Part shown: in pieces, positions 54,748 through 64,000 of the stretch
Numbering within the stretch: the first letter of the stretch is position 1
Layout: each line of letters opens with the position of its first letter
NCBI GenBank assembly: GCA_964480345.1
Contig: CAYZNW010000002.1
Location: 64,524 to 128,523 of the forward strand
Source of the DNA: an uncultured Candidatus Saccharibacteria bacterium
Lineage (GTDB): Bacteria; Patescibacteriota; Dojkabacteria; SC72
Reading direction: 5' to 3'
DNA length: 64,000 nt
Translations under genes and position numbers: made by a program
The notes under the pieces: generated by a model
The model's database searches: none
Seen by the model: only the letters and a program-made list of their open reading frames with translations
What the model was told of the DNA's origin: nothing

Positions 54748-56496
54748 CTACTTTTTCTTCTTAATATCAATACTTAATATATCCAAATCAGCTTTATCAA
54801 CCTCTCTAGGAGCACCTGTCATTAACTCCTGTGCATTACTCTTTGGGAAAGCATAAACCTCTTTGATATTCTTTTCATCAAACAGAATCATCATGAATCT
54901 GTCATACCCTACTGCAAAACCACAGTGTGGAGGTGCACCGTACTCAAAAGCAGAAATCATATGACCAAACTTTGATCTAGTTTCTTCTTCTGAATAACCA
55001 CAAACTTTAAAAGCTTCTATAAACGAATCAGGATGATAGTTTCGAACAGAACCACTAGCTAATTCATAACCATTACATGCTACATCATACTGCTGAGCAA
55101 ATATCTTGTCTGGCTTCTCTTTCTTTAATGCTTCCAAACCACCCTTTGGCATAGAAAACGGATTATGAGCAAAATCCCACTTCTTGTTCTTCTCATCCCA
55201 TTCAAACATAGGGAAATCTACTATCCATGCAAAAGCAATCACATCAGGATCTTTCAATTCCAATAAATCTCCCATCTTACTTCTCAAAATACCTGCTAAC
55301 TTACATGCCTTCATATACTCATCTCCAAATGCAAAAATATACTGCTTCCCACTAAGCTTGTATCCACCTTTCTTGAACTTTTCGATTATCTTCTTCTGAG
55401 TATCATCATTGAAAAGTTTAGCCATAGAACCTGAAAGCTTGTTATCTTCTAATGCAAACCACACCATACCTTTAGCTCCCTCTAATTTCATATCTGCTGT
55501 TAATTTATCAATCTCTTTCTTACTAAACTCTCTATCAACCATAATTCCTTGTACACCTTCAATATCTTTGAAAATATTTACGCCTGAATTTTTGAATTCA
55601 TCAGTAAGATCTACAAGCAACATCTCATATCTTAAATCAGGCTTGTCTGTACCATACTTTTCCATTACCTCTTTGTAAGGAATCTGAGGAAATACTTTGC
55701 TTTTTACTTTCTTTTTAGTCAAGTTTTCAACTATATATGTGAAGTAAGGCTCCATAGTTTCAAAAAATTCTTGCTGGCTCAAAAAAGAAGTTTCTACATC
55801 TACCTGATAGAATTCTCCTGAATGCCTGTCTGCTCTAGGATCTTCATCTCTAAAACATGGAGCTAACTGGAAATATTTATCCACACCACCAACCATTAAT
55901 AGCTGTTTGTACTGTTGAGGAGCTTGAGGTAAAGCATAAAATTTACCAGGATAGATTCTGCTTGGTACAAGATAGTCTCTTGCTCCCTCTGGAGAGCTAA
56001 CTGTCATTAAAGGAGTCTGAACCTCTGTAAATTCTGCATCAGAGAACCATTCTCTTGTAGCCATCGCCATCTTATGACGATACTCGATTAAGTCTCGAAG
56101 TCTCTTTCTTCTGATATCAATATATCTGTATTTTAATCTCATACCCTCATCAATATCAGTTCCCTCTGTTTCCAAAGGAAATGGAGGAGTTTTTGATGCA
56201 TTTAGAATCTTAACCTCTTCCACTACTACTTCTATATCTCCTAGCTCCATATTTTTGTTAACCAGAGCCTTATCTCTTTTCTTAACTGTACCCTCTACAT
56301 CTAACACATACTCCAACCCTATTTTTCCTGCATCACCCAACTTACTTGAATCTAGTACTAGTTGTAATTTGCCGCTCCAATCTCTAAGATCAACAAATAC
56401 TAAAGATCCATGATCTCTAATTTTAGAAGCCCAGCCACAAAGTCTAACTTTCTCTCCTACAAATTCGGGAGTTCTTTTTACTAAGATTCTTTTCAT
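54748..56496 (-). CDS. aspS: Aspartate--tRNA ligase (bacterial type)
   Basis: N-terminal OB-fold (VRLCGWASKIRDHGSLVFVDLRD), class II motif 2 FRDEDPRADRHSGEFYQVDVE, motif 3 GAPPHCGFAVGYDRFMM; about 580 aa. Confidence 0.9.
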   Translation of the reverse strand: MKRILVKRTPEFVGEKVRLCGWASKIRDHGSLVFVDLRDWSGKLQLVLDSSKLGDAGKIGLEYVLDVEGTVKKRDKALVNKNMELGDIEVVVEEVKILNASKTPPFPLETEGTDIDEGMRLKYRYIDIRRKRLRDLIEYRHKMAMATREWFSDAEFTEVQTPLMTVSSPEGARDYLVPSRIYPGKFYALPQAPQQYKQLLMVGGVDKYFQLAPCFRDEDPRADRHSGEFYQVDVETSFLSQQEFFETMEPYFTYIVENLTKKKVKSKVFPQIPYKEVMEKYGTDKPDLRYEMLLVDLTDEFKNSGVNIFKDIEGVQGIMVDREFSKKEIDKLTADMKLEGAKGMVWFALEDNKLSGSMAKLFNDDTQKKIIEKFKKGGYKLSGKQYIFAFGDEYMKACKLAGILRSKMGDLLELKDPDVIAFAWIVDFPMFEWDEKNKKWDFAHNPFSMPKGGLEALKKEKPDKIFAQQYDVACNGYELASGSVRNYHPDSFIEAFKVCGYSEEETRSKFGHMISAFEYGAPPHCGFAVGYDRFMMILFDEKNIKEVYAFPKSNAQELMTGAPREVDKADLDILSIDIKKKK

Positions 56497-56541
56497 ATCC
56501 TCAAAGGTATTTTTGAAATTAACTGCTCCGATTTTAGCAGT

Positions 56542-58245
56542 TTAATGGGCAAATTTCCACTCTTTCACATTAAATTGGATATTCGCAATTCCGTTCCATG
56601 TATTGATGTCAGGATACCCTACTACATCTAAGACACTGTTTTCATTAATCTTCTCAATATCCTCTCCACAATTGAACAGAGTAAGTGTAAGTAAATCTAT
56701 ACCGTTTCCTTTAACTAGAAGCTTCATATGGTTTTTCTCCTGTCCCATTATCTGTTTTTTGAAAACGATTAGTTCAGTTAGACCGATTAAAGGTTTAGAG
56801 TTTCCATATCCAAAAGGTTCTAGCTTTGTAAGCGAATCTATTAAACTAATATTAATATCATCACTTTCAAGTAGTGCATCAATCCTTAACTCACCCTGTA
56901 GCTGTTCATCTGATATTTTTTTGTTAGCATACTTAACCAATGCCTCTTTGAAAGAATCTACACTCTCTTTTTTCAGAGTGAAGCCAGCAGCTAGTTCATG
57001 GCCTCCGTATCTTTCTAAATATTTAGAATATTTCTCTAGTACTTTAGTTATATTGAAGCCAGATATGCTTCGTGCAGATCCTTTTACTACTCCGTTGTTG
57101 TTTGACGCTACAAGAACTGGTCTGTGATATCTTTCTAAAAGTTTTCCTGCAACTAAACCTATTACTCCTTCATGCCAATTATCTCCAAGTACAAAAATGA
57201 GCTTGTTATCTAAATCTTTCTCTATTTGTTTCTCTGCTGATGTAAGCATATCCTCTGTCATTCGTTGTCTGTCAAAGTTTAAGCTCTCTAATTCATTTGC
57301 TACTTCTGAGCATAGCTTTTCGTTATCACTTACTAAAAGTTTAACAGCATTAAGTGGGGAGCCTATTCTACCAGCAGCATTTATTCTTGGCCCAAGAACA
57401 AAACCTAAATGATATGAGGTTATATTTTGAGGATCTAGTTTTGCTCTTAAAGCAAGCATCTTCAAGCCGAATCTCCCACCTTCCTGTATCTGTTTTAATC
57501 CTAGTTTTACAAAGCTCCTATTTGCACCTAATAGAGGCATCATATCGGTAACTGTTGCTAATGCAACTAGATCTAATCCTTTTGTAGATGCAGTGATATT
57601 TGAATCTAATCCGTATTTATCTTTAATAGCTTGGGTAAGTAGAAAGACAACAGCTGTACCACACATTTCTCTCTCAGGATACTCATGAGAAGGATACAGT
57701 TGATGTACTAATGGATACTTTACATTTTTTGGTAAGTCAGATGGAGGTTGATGATGGTCTGTAATTACAAAATCCAATCCCTTTTTCTTATACTCTTTTA
57801 TTAATTCAAAATCTCGGACTCCACAATCTACAGATATTACTAAATTAGCTCCGAGAGATATGACATCATCCAAAGACTCTTTTGTTAATCCGTAACCTTG
57901 ATCTATCCTACTAGGGATATATGGAACTACATCTATTTTTCTGTTTAACTGTTTTGCCAGATCTCTATACAGAAATTCCCAAAGTATACTTGAAGCACAT
58001 ATCCCATCAGCATCAAAATCTCCATGTATAACTATCTTAGAACCTTTATCTATATGTTTAGCTATTTCATCTGAAGCTGACTTAGTATCAAAGAGCTCTT
58101 TAAATGACGGTATGTCTTCAGGATTAGATGAGAAGAAGGTATCTAGATCATCTATATCTCTACTTTTCAAAATATATTCAATTATTTTTTCCTTCTCCCC
58201 TATCTTTTCAGGAAGAATCCATTTTCTTCTACTCTCTAGTGTCAT
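56542..58245 (-). CDS. recJ: Single-stranded-DNA-specific exonuclease RecJ
   Basis: DHH phosphoesterase motifs IVIHGDFDADGICA and ITDHH, plus DHHA1-like GGH..AAG region; about 570 aa. Confidence 0.85.
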   Translation of the reverse strand: MTLESRRKWILPEKIGEKEKIIEYILKSRDIDDLDTFFSSNPEDIPSFKELFDTKSASDEIAKHIDKGSKIVIHGDFDADGICASSILWEFLYRDLAKQLNRKIDVVPYIPSRIDQGYGLTKESLDDVISLGANLVISVDCGVRDFELIKEYKKKGLDFVITDHHQPPSDLPKNVKYPLVHQLYPSHEYPEREMCGTAVVFLLTQAIKDKYGLDSNITASTKGLDLVALATVTDMMPLLGANRSFVKLGLKQIQEGGRFGLKMLALRAKLDPQNITSYHLGFVLGPRINAAGRIGSPLNAVKLLVSDNEKLCSEVANELESLNFDRQRMTEDMLTSAEKQIEKDLDNKLIFVLGDNWHEGVIGLVAGKLLERYHRPVLVASNNNGVVKGSARSISGFNITKVLEKYSKYLERYGGHELAAGFTLKKESVDSFKEALVKYANKKISDEQLQGELRIDALLESDDINISLIDSLTKLEPFGYGNSKPLIGLTELIVFKKQIMGQEKNHMKLLVKGNGIDLLTLTLFNCGEDIEKINENSVLDVVGYPDINTWNGIANIQFNVKEWKFAH

Positions 58246-58885
58246 CGTTAATTAACTGTTCAATTAAATCCCAATTAAATCCTTTTCTTAACAGATACCC
58301 TATCTTTTTAGTATCGTTTTTTGTAATCTTCCCATCTTTAAACTTCTTCATAAATACATTTTTCAATACTGTATACTCATCATCCACACACTCATCTATT
58401 TTTTCCTGCGCAACTGATTTTTCTACACCTTTTGAAAGCAATTCACCAAGTAATACGGATTTTCCTCTCGGTTTGTTTTTTAATCTTGAATTAATAAAAG
58501 ACTCTGCATATTTCTCATCATTTATGTATCCATATTTCTTCAAATTCTCTATGACTTTTTCTGTTAACTCTTCTATCTCAGGTTTGCTAAGATCAGCATA
58601 CCACTCTCCCTTTTTCTTAATTAGAGTAATTAGTATATATTTTTTGACTTGCGTTTCTGTCTTCTGAGCATCTGCTAGATATGAGATGACTCGCAAGGTT
58701 AATCTCTCACGAAGATCATCTTTAAATATATGATCTAGTTCCTCGTCATGAAGTTCTTTTCCATCGTAAAGTGAGTATTTAGCAAAGGTACTTAGTGATA
58801 GGCCACAAAAGAAATTGCCATCAATGAATATATTAACCCTAGACTTATCCTTCTTCTGTATAGAAACTTTAGTAATCTTAGCCAT
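58229..58885 (-). CDS. recX: RecA regulator RecX
   Basis: Directly downstream of recA on the same strand. Tandem helical repeats with YINDEKYAESFINSRL, characteristic of RecX. Confidence 0.65.
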   Translation of the reverse strand: MAKITKVSIQKKDKSRVNIFIDGNFFCGLSLSTFAKYSLYDGKELHDEELDHIFKDDLRERLTLRVISYLADAQKTETQVKKYILITLIKKKGEWYADLSKPEIEELTEKVIENLKKYGYINDEKYAESFINSRLKNKPRGKSVLLGELLSKGVEKSVAQEKIDECVDDEYTVLKNVFMKKFKDGKITKNDTKKIGYLLRKGFNWDLIEQLINDDTRE

Positions 58886-58886
58886 C

Positions 58887-59909
58887 CTACTTCAGCTTAC
58901 CTTTAATATCTTTAACAATCTTCTCTCTTAATTTAGTATCGTTTTTTAGAAGCTCGGAAGTGGCATCTTTTCCTTGAGCTAACTGTTGATCTCCGTATTT
59001 GAACCAAGCTCCAGATTTCTGAACAACATCTAATTGAAGAGCAGCATCAAGAATACTACTCTCTTTATCAATACCCATAGGGTAGATCATGTCAAAAGTA
59101 GCCTCTTTAAACGGAGGAGCAACTTTATTCTTCACTATTTTAACCTTCCTAGAGTGTCCAATAACTTCACCATCTTTCAAAATCTTATCCTTCTGTCTAA
59201 TATCCATCCTTACAGACGCATAGAACTTTAATGCATTACCACCTGTTGTAGTTTCTGGATTTCCAAACATTATTCCTATTTTCATCCTTAACTGGTTAAG
59301 GAAAATTATTGTTGTACCTGTCTTGTTGCCAATTGCTGTGATCTTTCGCAAAGCTTGAGACATAAGTCTTGCTTGAAGACCCATATGACTATCTCCCATA
59401 TCTCCTTCTATCTCTGCTCTAGGAGTTAAAGCAGCAACAGAGTCTACAACAATTACACCAAACGCTGCAGATCTAACCAATGTTTCTAATATTTCCAAAG
59501 CCTGCTCTCCAAAGTCCGGTTGAGCCATATACAGCTCATCTATATTTAAACCAATATTTTTAGCATACACAGGATCAAAGGCATGCTCTGCATCTATGAA
59601 CGCAACTGCCTCACCCATTTTCTGAGCTTCTGCAAGTATATGTATAGCCAGTGTAGTTTTACCAGAAGATTCAGGACCGTAAATCTCAATAATCCTACCC
59701 TTTGGAATACCTCCTACACCAAGAGCAATATCTAAAGACATAGCTCCTGTAGGAATTACATCAATATCTACCTTCTTCTGCTCTCCTAGCTTCATGATGG
59801 AGCCTTTACCAAACTGTTTCTCTATCTGAGCTACCGCCATCTCTATAGCTTTTTTCTTTGGAGATTCTACTTTACTGTTAACTTCGGTTTTTTGTGTATC
59901 TTCTTTCAT
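58887..59909 (-). CDS. recA: Recombinase RecA
   Basis: Walker [11 protein letters not shown]1/L2 loop regions, and [19 protein letters not shown]...VVDSVAAL, the classic RecA core. Confidence 0.95.
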   Translation of the reverse strand: MKEDTQKTEVNSKVESPKKKAIEMAVAQIEKQFGKGSIMKLGEQKKVDIDVIPTGAMSLDIALGVGGIPKGRIIEIYGPESSGKTTLAIHILAEAQKMGEAVAFIDAEHAFDPVYAKNIGLNIDELYMAQPDFGEQALEILETLVRSAAFGVIVVDSVAALTPRAEIEGDMGDSHMGLQARLMSQALRKITAIGNKTGTTIIFLNQLRMKIGIMFGNPETTTGGNALKFYASVRMDIRQKDKILKDGEVIGHSRKVKIVKNKVAPPFKEATFDMIYPMGIDKESSILDAALQLDVVQKSGAWFKYGDQQLAQGKDATSELLKNDTKLREKIVKDIKGKLK

Positions 59910-60007
59910 AATTATGGGATAGAAAATTTAGATCTTAGTAGAGAATATCAAACAGCAATACTTCAGTCAAAAAGCAAAAACTGTTTTTTAATTAACCGAT
60001 AATATTT

Positions 60008-60598
60008 TTATACAAACTCTTTATTTACAATATCGGAGAGGTTTTCAACAAAAGCTTTAAACAGTACCTCATCCTCTCTAATATATTTAGCTACCTCTAT
60101 TTGTATTGCAGGAACACGTAATTTAGAAGCTACAAATTCAGCTAAGGATTCCCCCATACTGTTTGGAAGCTTAAATATCTGAGTATTTAAACCTAACAAC
60201 TTTCTTCTCCCTATCTTTTCAGATATTAACCTAGCTATCTTCATAGATTTGGAGTACTTTGTTGCACAAAAAATACCTATATCATAGCCACAATCATCAA
60301 GTACGCCATGTATATCTATGAAATATTTAATCTTGTTCTCTTCTATAATTTGCCTTACCTCTTTTTTGTAAACATTTCTTCTCTCCTTGTGATAGTTCGG
60401 GTCGTATTCAAGTTCAGAATCTAGTATTATTCCAAAAGATTTAGTATTAGCACAAAGCTCTCTAACTATAGTATCGGTGTACGGCTCTGGCTGTTTATAC
60501 CCCATACTAAGTTTCGGTCTTTTATGAATCTTACAGTGTGGTGCTGAAAATAGAACTGGTCTCTTTCCTTCTATTAATATTACTGAACTCTCTTTCAT
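60008..60598 (-). CDS. Hypothetical protein (possibly N-formylglutamate amidohydrolase-like fold; unsupported)
   Basis: 196 aa with no clear motif. Only its neighbourhood and frame length support it. Confidence 0.35.
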   Translation of the reverse strand: MKESSVILIEGKRPVLFSAPHCKIHKRPKLSMGYKQPEPYTDTIVRELCANTKSFGIILDSELEYDPNYHKERRNVYKKEVRQIIEENKIKYFIDIHGVLDDCGYDIGIFCATKYSKSMKIARLISEKIGRRKLLGLNTQIFKLPNSMGESLAEFVASKLRVPAIQIEVAKYIREDEVLFKAFVENLSDIVNKEFV

Positions 60599-60697
60599 AT
60601 TAATAACTTATCATACTTTGTTATCTCTTTTCAAATACCTATATTTAAGTTGTGATATACTTAAAAAGTTAAATATAATTTAATTATTTATTTAAAA

Positions 60698-60910
60698 ATG
60701 AAAAAGTTACTACTTTCATTTTTCCTAGCATTAACAATGCTTCTACCTTTATCTTCTCTAACATATGCACAAGGAAGATATCCATATAGATATGATTATG
60801 ACTATGGATACAACTATCAGTATTCTCAAAGTGATTTAGAGGATTCTATAGCAGTCTTCCTACTAATATCATTTGTATTTGCTCCTATACTGCTTGCCAC
60901 ATATGTATAA
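60698..60910 (+). CDS. Small secreted/membrane protein with Tyr-rich repeat (RYPYRYDYDYGYNYQY)
   Basis: Signal peptide, aromatic YD/YG repeat, C-terminal hydrophobic anchor. Confidence 0.35.
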   Translation: MKKLLLSFFLALTMLLPLSSLTYAQGRYPYRYDYDYGYNYQYSQSDLEDSIAVFLLISFVFAPILLATYV

Positions 60911-60925
60911 TACTCATTTACATTA

Positions 60926-61216
60926 ATGAAGGTAGCTAAGAAATTAGAAGATCCAAATCCATGGTTTGCTTGGATACCAATTTTAAATGTCATATTACAG
61001 TTTAGATTAGGAGACAAAAGTCCGTACTCAATATTCCTTGTATTAGTACCATTCATTGGACCTGTTGCTGTTTTTGTAGTCTCTATCATGGCATATATGA
61101 ACATATGTGAAAAGTTAGGAAGAGATAAGATGCTTGGATTACTAAAATTAGCTCCTATTGGAGAAGCTGTACTGCTTGGAGTATTAGCCTGGGGTAATCC
61201 TGAGGAGAAGAAATAA
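60926..61216 (+). CDS. Small integral membrane protein, family unassigned
   Basis: 96 aa, three predicted TM helices (NPWFAWIPILNVILQF...). Confidence 0.35.
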   Translation: MKVAKKLEDPNPWFAWIPILNVILQFRLGDKSPYSIFLVLVPFIGPVAVFVVSIMAYMNICEKLGRDKMLGLLKLAPIGEAVLLGVLAWGNPEEKK

Positions 61217-61219
61217 CTC

Positions 61220-62362
61220 CTACTGATCAGAATCTATGGGATAATCAAGGATACTATTTATACCAGTATCCTTATTTTCCAACCCTTCATCTCTTACCTT
61301 GTCTATTCTTCTTGTTAATTGATTAAATCTTGTTGTACTCACAGTATCATACTGCTTCTGTAAAGCTCCTATTCTCTCACCAATCTTAAAGAAAGAATCC
61401 GAAAAGTTGTCAAACTCTTTCTCAAAAGCTTTTACATGACCAATAATATGATAGATATTTTTCTGTACCCTGAAATTCTCATACGCCTGCTTAATCATTC
61501 GCAGTATAGCTGTAAAACTAAATGGTCCTGCTAATACTACCCTGTTTGCCATAGCAGCTTCAGAGATCTCAGGCATCTTGTCATAGACATAGGAAAAGAT
61601 CATCTCATTAGGAATAAACAAAATTACGAAATCTACAGTCTTGTCTTCTGGATTAATATAGTCTCTTGTTGTTACCTGCTTAATCTTCTCTTTTACATCT
61701 CGGGCAAAATCATTCATATACTTCTCTTTCATACCTTTATCCTCCGTCTCAGACATCTTCTGTAAGTTAGCATAAGGAAACTTAGAATCAACATTCACCC
61801 TAGTCTTGTCAGGTAGAAATATGGCAAAATCAGGTCGTGTTTTAGATCCTGCCTGCTCCTTGTTAAATTCATAATCAACACCTCGTACAAATCCAGCCAT
61901 CTTTAGAAGATCATCTGCAACTTTTTCACCAAATTGACCTCTTACAGAGTTGTCCGACAGAACTTTCTTCAAACCCTCTGTACTCACCGATAGCTGCTCA
62001 GTTATTTTTCTACTCTCTTCTACTGAAGTTTTCAAAGTAGCATACGAATCAATTCTCTCCTTTTCAGCAATCTTCAAATACTCCTCCAAATTCTTCACCA
62101 TCCTGGATATCTCCTCTCTCTTATTCTCTAAATCAATCCTGTTCTGCTTAGTTTCAGAAGATAGCTTCTCATTTGCCATACGAACAAGATCCTCATTAGC
62201 TTGATTAAGAACTACAGGAAGAAGCTCAGTTAGCTTACCTTCAATAGTTTCGGTTATCTCTTCACTACTACCTGATTGATTTTTTCTCAAAAGATAGAAG
62301 ATTCCAACACCTAATAGCACTCCTCCAATTAAACACACAACTCCTATTATTACTTCTGTCAT
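61220..62362 (-). CDS. rmuC: DNA recombination protein RmuC
   Basis: N-terminal TM helix, long coiled coil, C-terminal RmuC nuclease-like domain (DFVILFIPNEMIFSYVY). Start trimmed to MTEVIIG (ATG comp 62362). Confidence 0.75.
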   Translation of the reverse strand: MTEVIIGVVCLIGGVLLGVGIFYLLRKNQSGSSEEITETIEGKLTELLPVVLNQANEDLVRMANEKLSSETKQNRIDLENKREEISRMVKNLEEYLKIAEKERIDSYATLKTSVEESRKITEQLSVSTEGLKKVLSDNSVRGQFGEKVADDLLKMAGFVRGVDYEFNKEQAGSKTRPDFAIFLPDKTRVNVDSKFPYANLQKMSETEDKGMKEKYMNDFARDVKEKIKQVTTRDYINPEDKTVDFVILFIPNEMIFSYVYDKMPEISEAAMANRVVLAGPFSFTAILRMIKQAYENFRVQKNIYHIIGHVKAFEKEFDNFSDSFFKIGERIGALQKQYDTVSTTRFNQLTRRIDKVRDEGLENKDTGINSILDYPIDSDQ

Positions 62363-62430
62363 AATGTTACAATTCATCCAATTTAAGTATATGATTATAT
62401 ATAACTTTAAGAAGAAAAACACTAAAGAAA

Positions 62431-63660
62431 ATGAAATTACTAAAAGAAAGAGAACTCATATTTGTCCGTAATCTATTCTTCACAACAGTACTTGGAGGTA
62501 TAGTGGGAGTGCTAAACTATCTCTTCAATATCTTCGTAGTTAAATATACAGACAGAGAGATATTTAGTACATTTACAGCAGCTTTAGGAATCATATACTT
62601 AGTACAGATTCCAGCTATATCCATACAATCTCTACTTACAAAGATAGTTGCTAAAAATGACAAGAACAACCTGAATAAATATAAGTGGAGTTCTCTTCTT
62701 CATCTCACTATCATTGGTATAGCCCTCTCACTCTTTTTCTTCTTGCTAAAAGGTCCAATATCCTCTCTAGCCTCTATACCTACAGATATTGTCATATATC
62801 TTGCAATCACTCTTTTTTTCTCTTTCATATCTCCAATATCAAAAGCGTTTCTTCTTGGAGAGGAGAAAATCATCTCTGTTAATCTTCTGCTTCTTTTGGA
62901 AACAGTACTTAAATTTGCAATTGGGGCAGTAGCTATCAAGCTTGGAGGAGAGATTTCATTACTCATTTTAGCTAACTCAATACCTCAAATTCTTACTACA
63001 CTTGTAATCTTACCAAAACTGAAAGTAAACAAAACAGGAAAAGAGATTAAAACAGATTTCAAGGAATTAATACTTATCACTATATTTATGTTACTTCTAA
63101 CAGTACCGTATACGATTGATTTGGTATTAGTAAATCAATCATTTAGAGCAGAGTACGGTGCGGTTTCCCTTCTAGGGAAACTAGTATATTTCAGCTGTAT
63201 CATGACAGCCTCTGTTATGTTTGCAAGGGTATCCAATGAACAGGAGCATAGAAGTAAAAGAAAGAGTTTAATAATATCGCTCATGTTAGCTTTAGGAATC
63301 GGTTTAGTAATATCACTTGCTTACTTTGTTATGACAAATTTCATAATTTCATTAACTGTAGGAGAGCAGTATCTATCCATTGGAAAATATCTTGGTATAT
63401 TTGGACTATGTATGACTGGTTTCGCAATGGTATATATGATAGCAAACTACTTCATCTCTCAAAGTATATACAGATATATGTTCATACTACTGTTAGTCTC
63501 ATCTCTTCAAGTCCTGTTATTCTACTACCGCAATGATTCCTTGGAGCAGGTTATTCGTAACCAAGTCATTGTTTATGGTATATTACTCCTGTCGACTATC
63601 ATATTTTTAATATATAAATTTAAAACAAAAAAAGATGGAGAAACAGAACGTAAATTTTAG
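62431..63660 (+). CDS. MOP-superfamily flippase (Wzx/MurJ/polysaccharide biosynthesis protein-like)
   Basis: About 12 predicted TM helices, about 410 aa, typical size and hydropathy layout of oligosaccharide flippases. No catalytic motif expected. Confidence 0.55.
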   Translation: MKLLKERELIFVRNLFFTTVLGGIVGVLNYLFNIFVVKYTDREIFSTFTAALGIIYLVQIPAISIQSLLTKIVAKNDKNNLNKYKWSSLLHLTIIGIALSLFFFLLKGPISSLASIPTDIVIYLAITLFFSFISPISKAFLLGEEKIISVNLLLLLETVLKFAIGAVAIKLGGEISLLILANSIPQILTTLVILPKLKVNKTGKEIKTDFKELILITIFMLLLTVPYTIDLVLVNQSFRAEYGAVSLLGKLVYFSCIMTASVMFARVSNEQEHRSKRKSLIISLMLALGIGLVISLAYFVMTNFIISLTVGEQYLSIGKYLGIFGLCMTGFAMVYMIANYFISQSIYRYMFILLLVSSLQVLLFYYRNDSLEQVIRNQVIVYGILLLSTIIFLIYKFKTKKDGETERKF

Positions 63661-64000
63661 AGAAAGATCTGGTAATTTCTTACAAGAGTTTAAGAAATTT
63701 GCACTGAAAGACTCAACATTAACAATAGCTATCGGACTTATGTTAGCTACTGCAGTTAAGAGTGTCATAGATTCATTAGTACAGGATGTTCTGACTCCCC
63801 CTATTGCGAAATTAATATCAGGTATAGATTTTAGTAATCTATATATTTCATTAAGTTCACAAAAATACGAATCTTTACAAGCAGCTCAAGAAGCAGGTGC
63901 AGTTGTGATTACTTACGGTAATTTCATTAACGCATTAATCTCTTTCATCATTACAGCTTTAGTACTTTTCTTAATAGTTTCTGCAGCACAGAAATTTAGT
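63635..64000 (+). CDS. mscL: Large-conductance mechanosensitive channel MscL (3' end beyond window)
   Basis: Not in the ORF track, because no stop occurs before the window end. Translation from ATG 63635 gives MEKQNVNFRERSGNFLQEFKKFALKDSTLTIAIGLMLATAVKSVIDSLVQDVLTPPIAKLISGIDFSNLYISL...GAVVITYGNFINALISFIITALVLFLIV, matching the MscL TM1/periplasmic loop/TM2 pattern. Overlaps the upstream gene by 26 nt. Confidence 0.75.
   Translation, partial: MEKQNVNFRERSGNFLQEFKKFALKDSTLTIAIGLMLATAVKSVIDSLVQDVLTPPIAKLISGIDFSNLYISLSSQKYESLQAAQEAGAVVITYGNFINALISFIITALVLFLIVSAAQKFS

Noticed and set aside
56603-57127. 174-aa plus-strand ORF
   Set aside because: Antisense shadow of recJ.
1-64000. CRISPR arrays, rRNA genes, transposases and integrases
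   Set aside because: No regularly spaced direct repeats, no rRNA-like conserved stretches, and no DDE, tyrosine or serine recombinase motifs were seen by eye. The tRNA chimera at 2620-2674 is the only mobile-element-like scar.

Overview
Low-GC (about one-third GC), gene-dense bacterial chromosome segment with standard genetic code (an intact RF2 with the SPF motif and no in-frame stops). The gene content and architecture fit a small-genome, peptidoglycan-containing bacterium, possibly CPR/Patescibacteria-like; that placement is inference. All calls were made by eye from motifs and the ORF track; no database search was run. Recognisable content: a partial SPFH gene, rnhB, a YtxH-like protein, dCMP deaminase, a Fic-like protein, gatB-gatC, lepB, parA-parB, a TrmH-family methyltransferase, rpmA, folE, a THUMP/RlmL-like methyltransferase, rplU, an SDR epimerase, and a division cluster (ftsW, ftsZ, ftsA, ftsQ-like) followed by an orphan multi-TM histidine kinase. 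Also two GT-B glycosyltransferases, uppP, gpmI, prfB, ftsE-ftsX with a coiled-coil M23 peptidase (EnvC/PcsB-like), long-form hpf, a GlsB-like protein, a CapA-like protein, an FkbM methyltransferase, a YvcK-like protein, a CarD/CdnL-like protein, ileS with a T-box-like leader, pepF, gltX, aspS, recJ-recX-recA, rmuC, a MOP-family flippase and partial mscL. Ten tRNA genes were found by eye (Gly-CCC, Thr-CGT, Leu-TAG, Glu-TTC, Lys-CTT, Gly-GCC, Phe-GAA, Asn-GTT, Gln-CTG) plus one chimeric tRNA remnant. No rRNA, CRISPR array, transposase or integrase was seen. The most unusual content is: (1) a locus at 35.6-43.5 kb encoding two paralogous, very large secreted proteins with FN3-like N-termini, Pro/Thr linkers and a repeated, apparently undescribed 6-Cys module (CxDADGCxC...CxKDR...CC...C), flanking a cytoplasmic hypothetical and followed by CapA-like and GH73-like genes; (2) a tRNA-Thr/tRNA-Gly chimeric remnant whose flanks are direct repeats around single-gene segments; (3) an M23 peptidase domain whose motifs are in circularly permuted order after ftsEX; (4) a 14-mer GC-rich palindrome (GTCGGACCTAGGTC) present twice; (5) a T-box-like leader on ileS.
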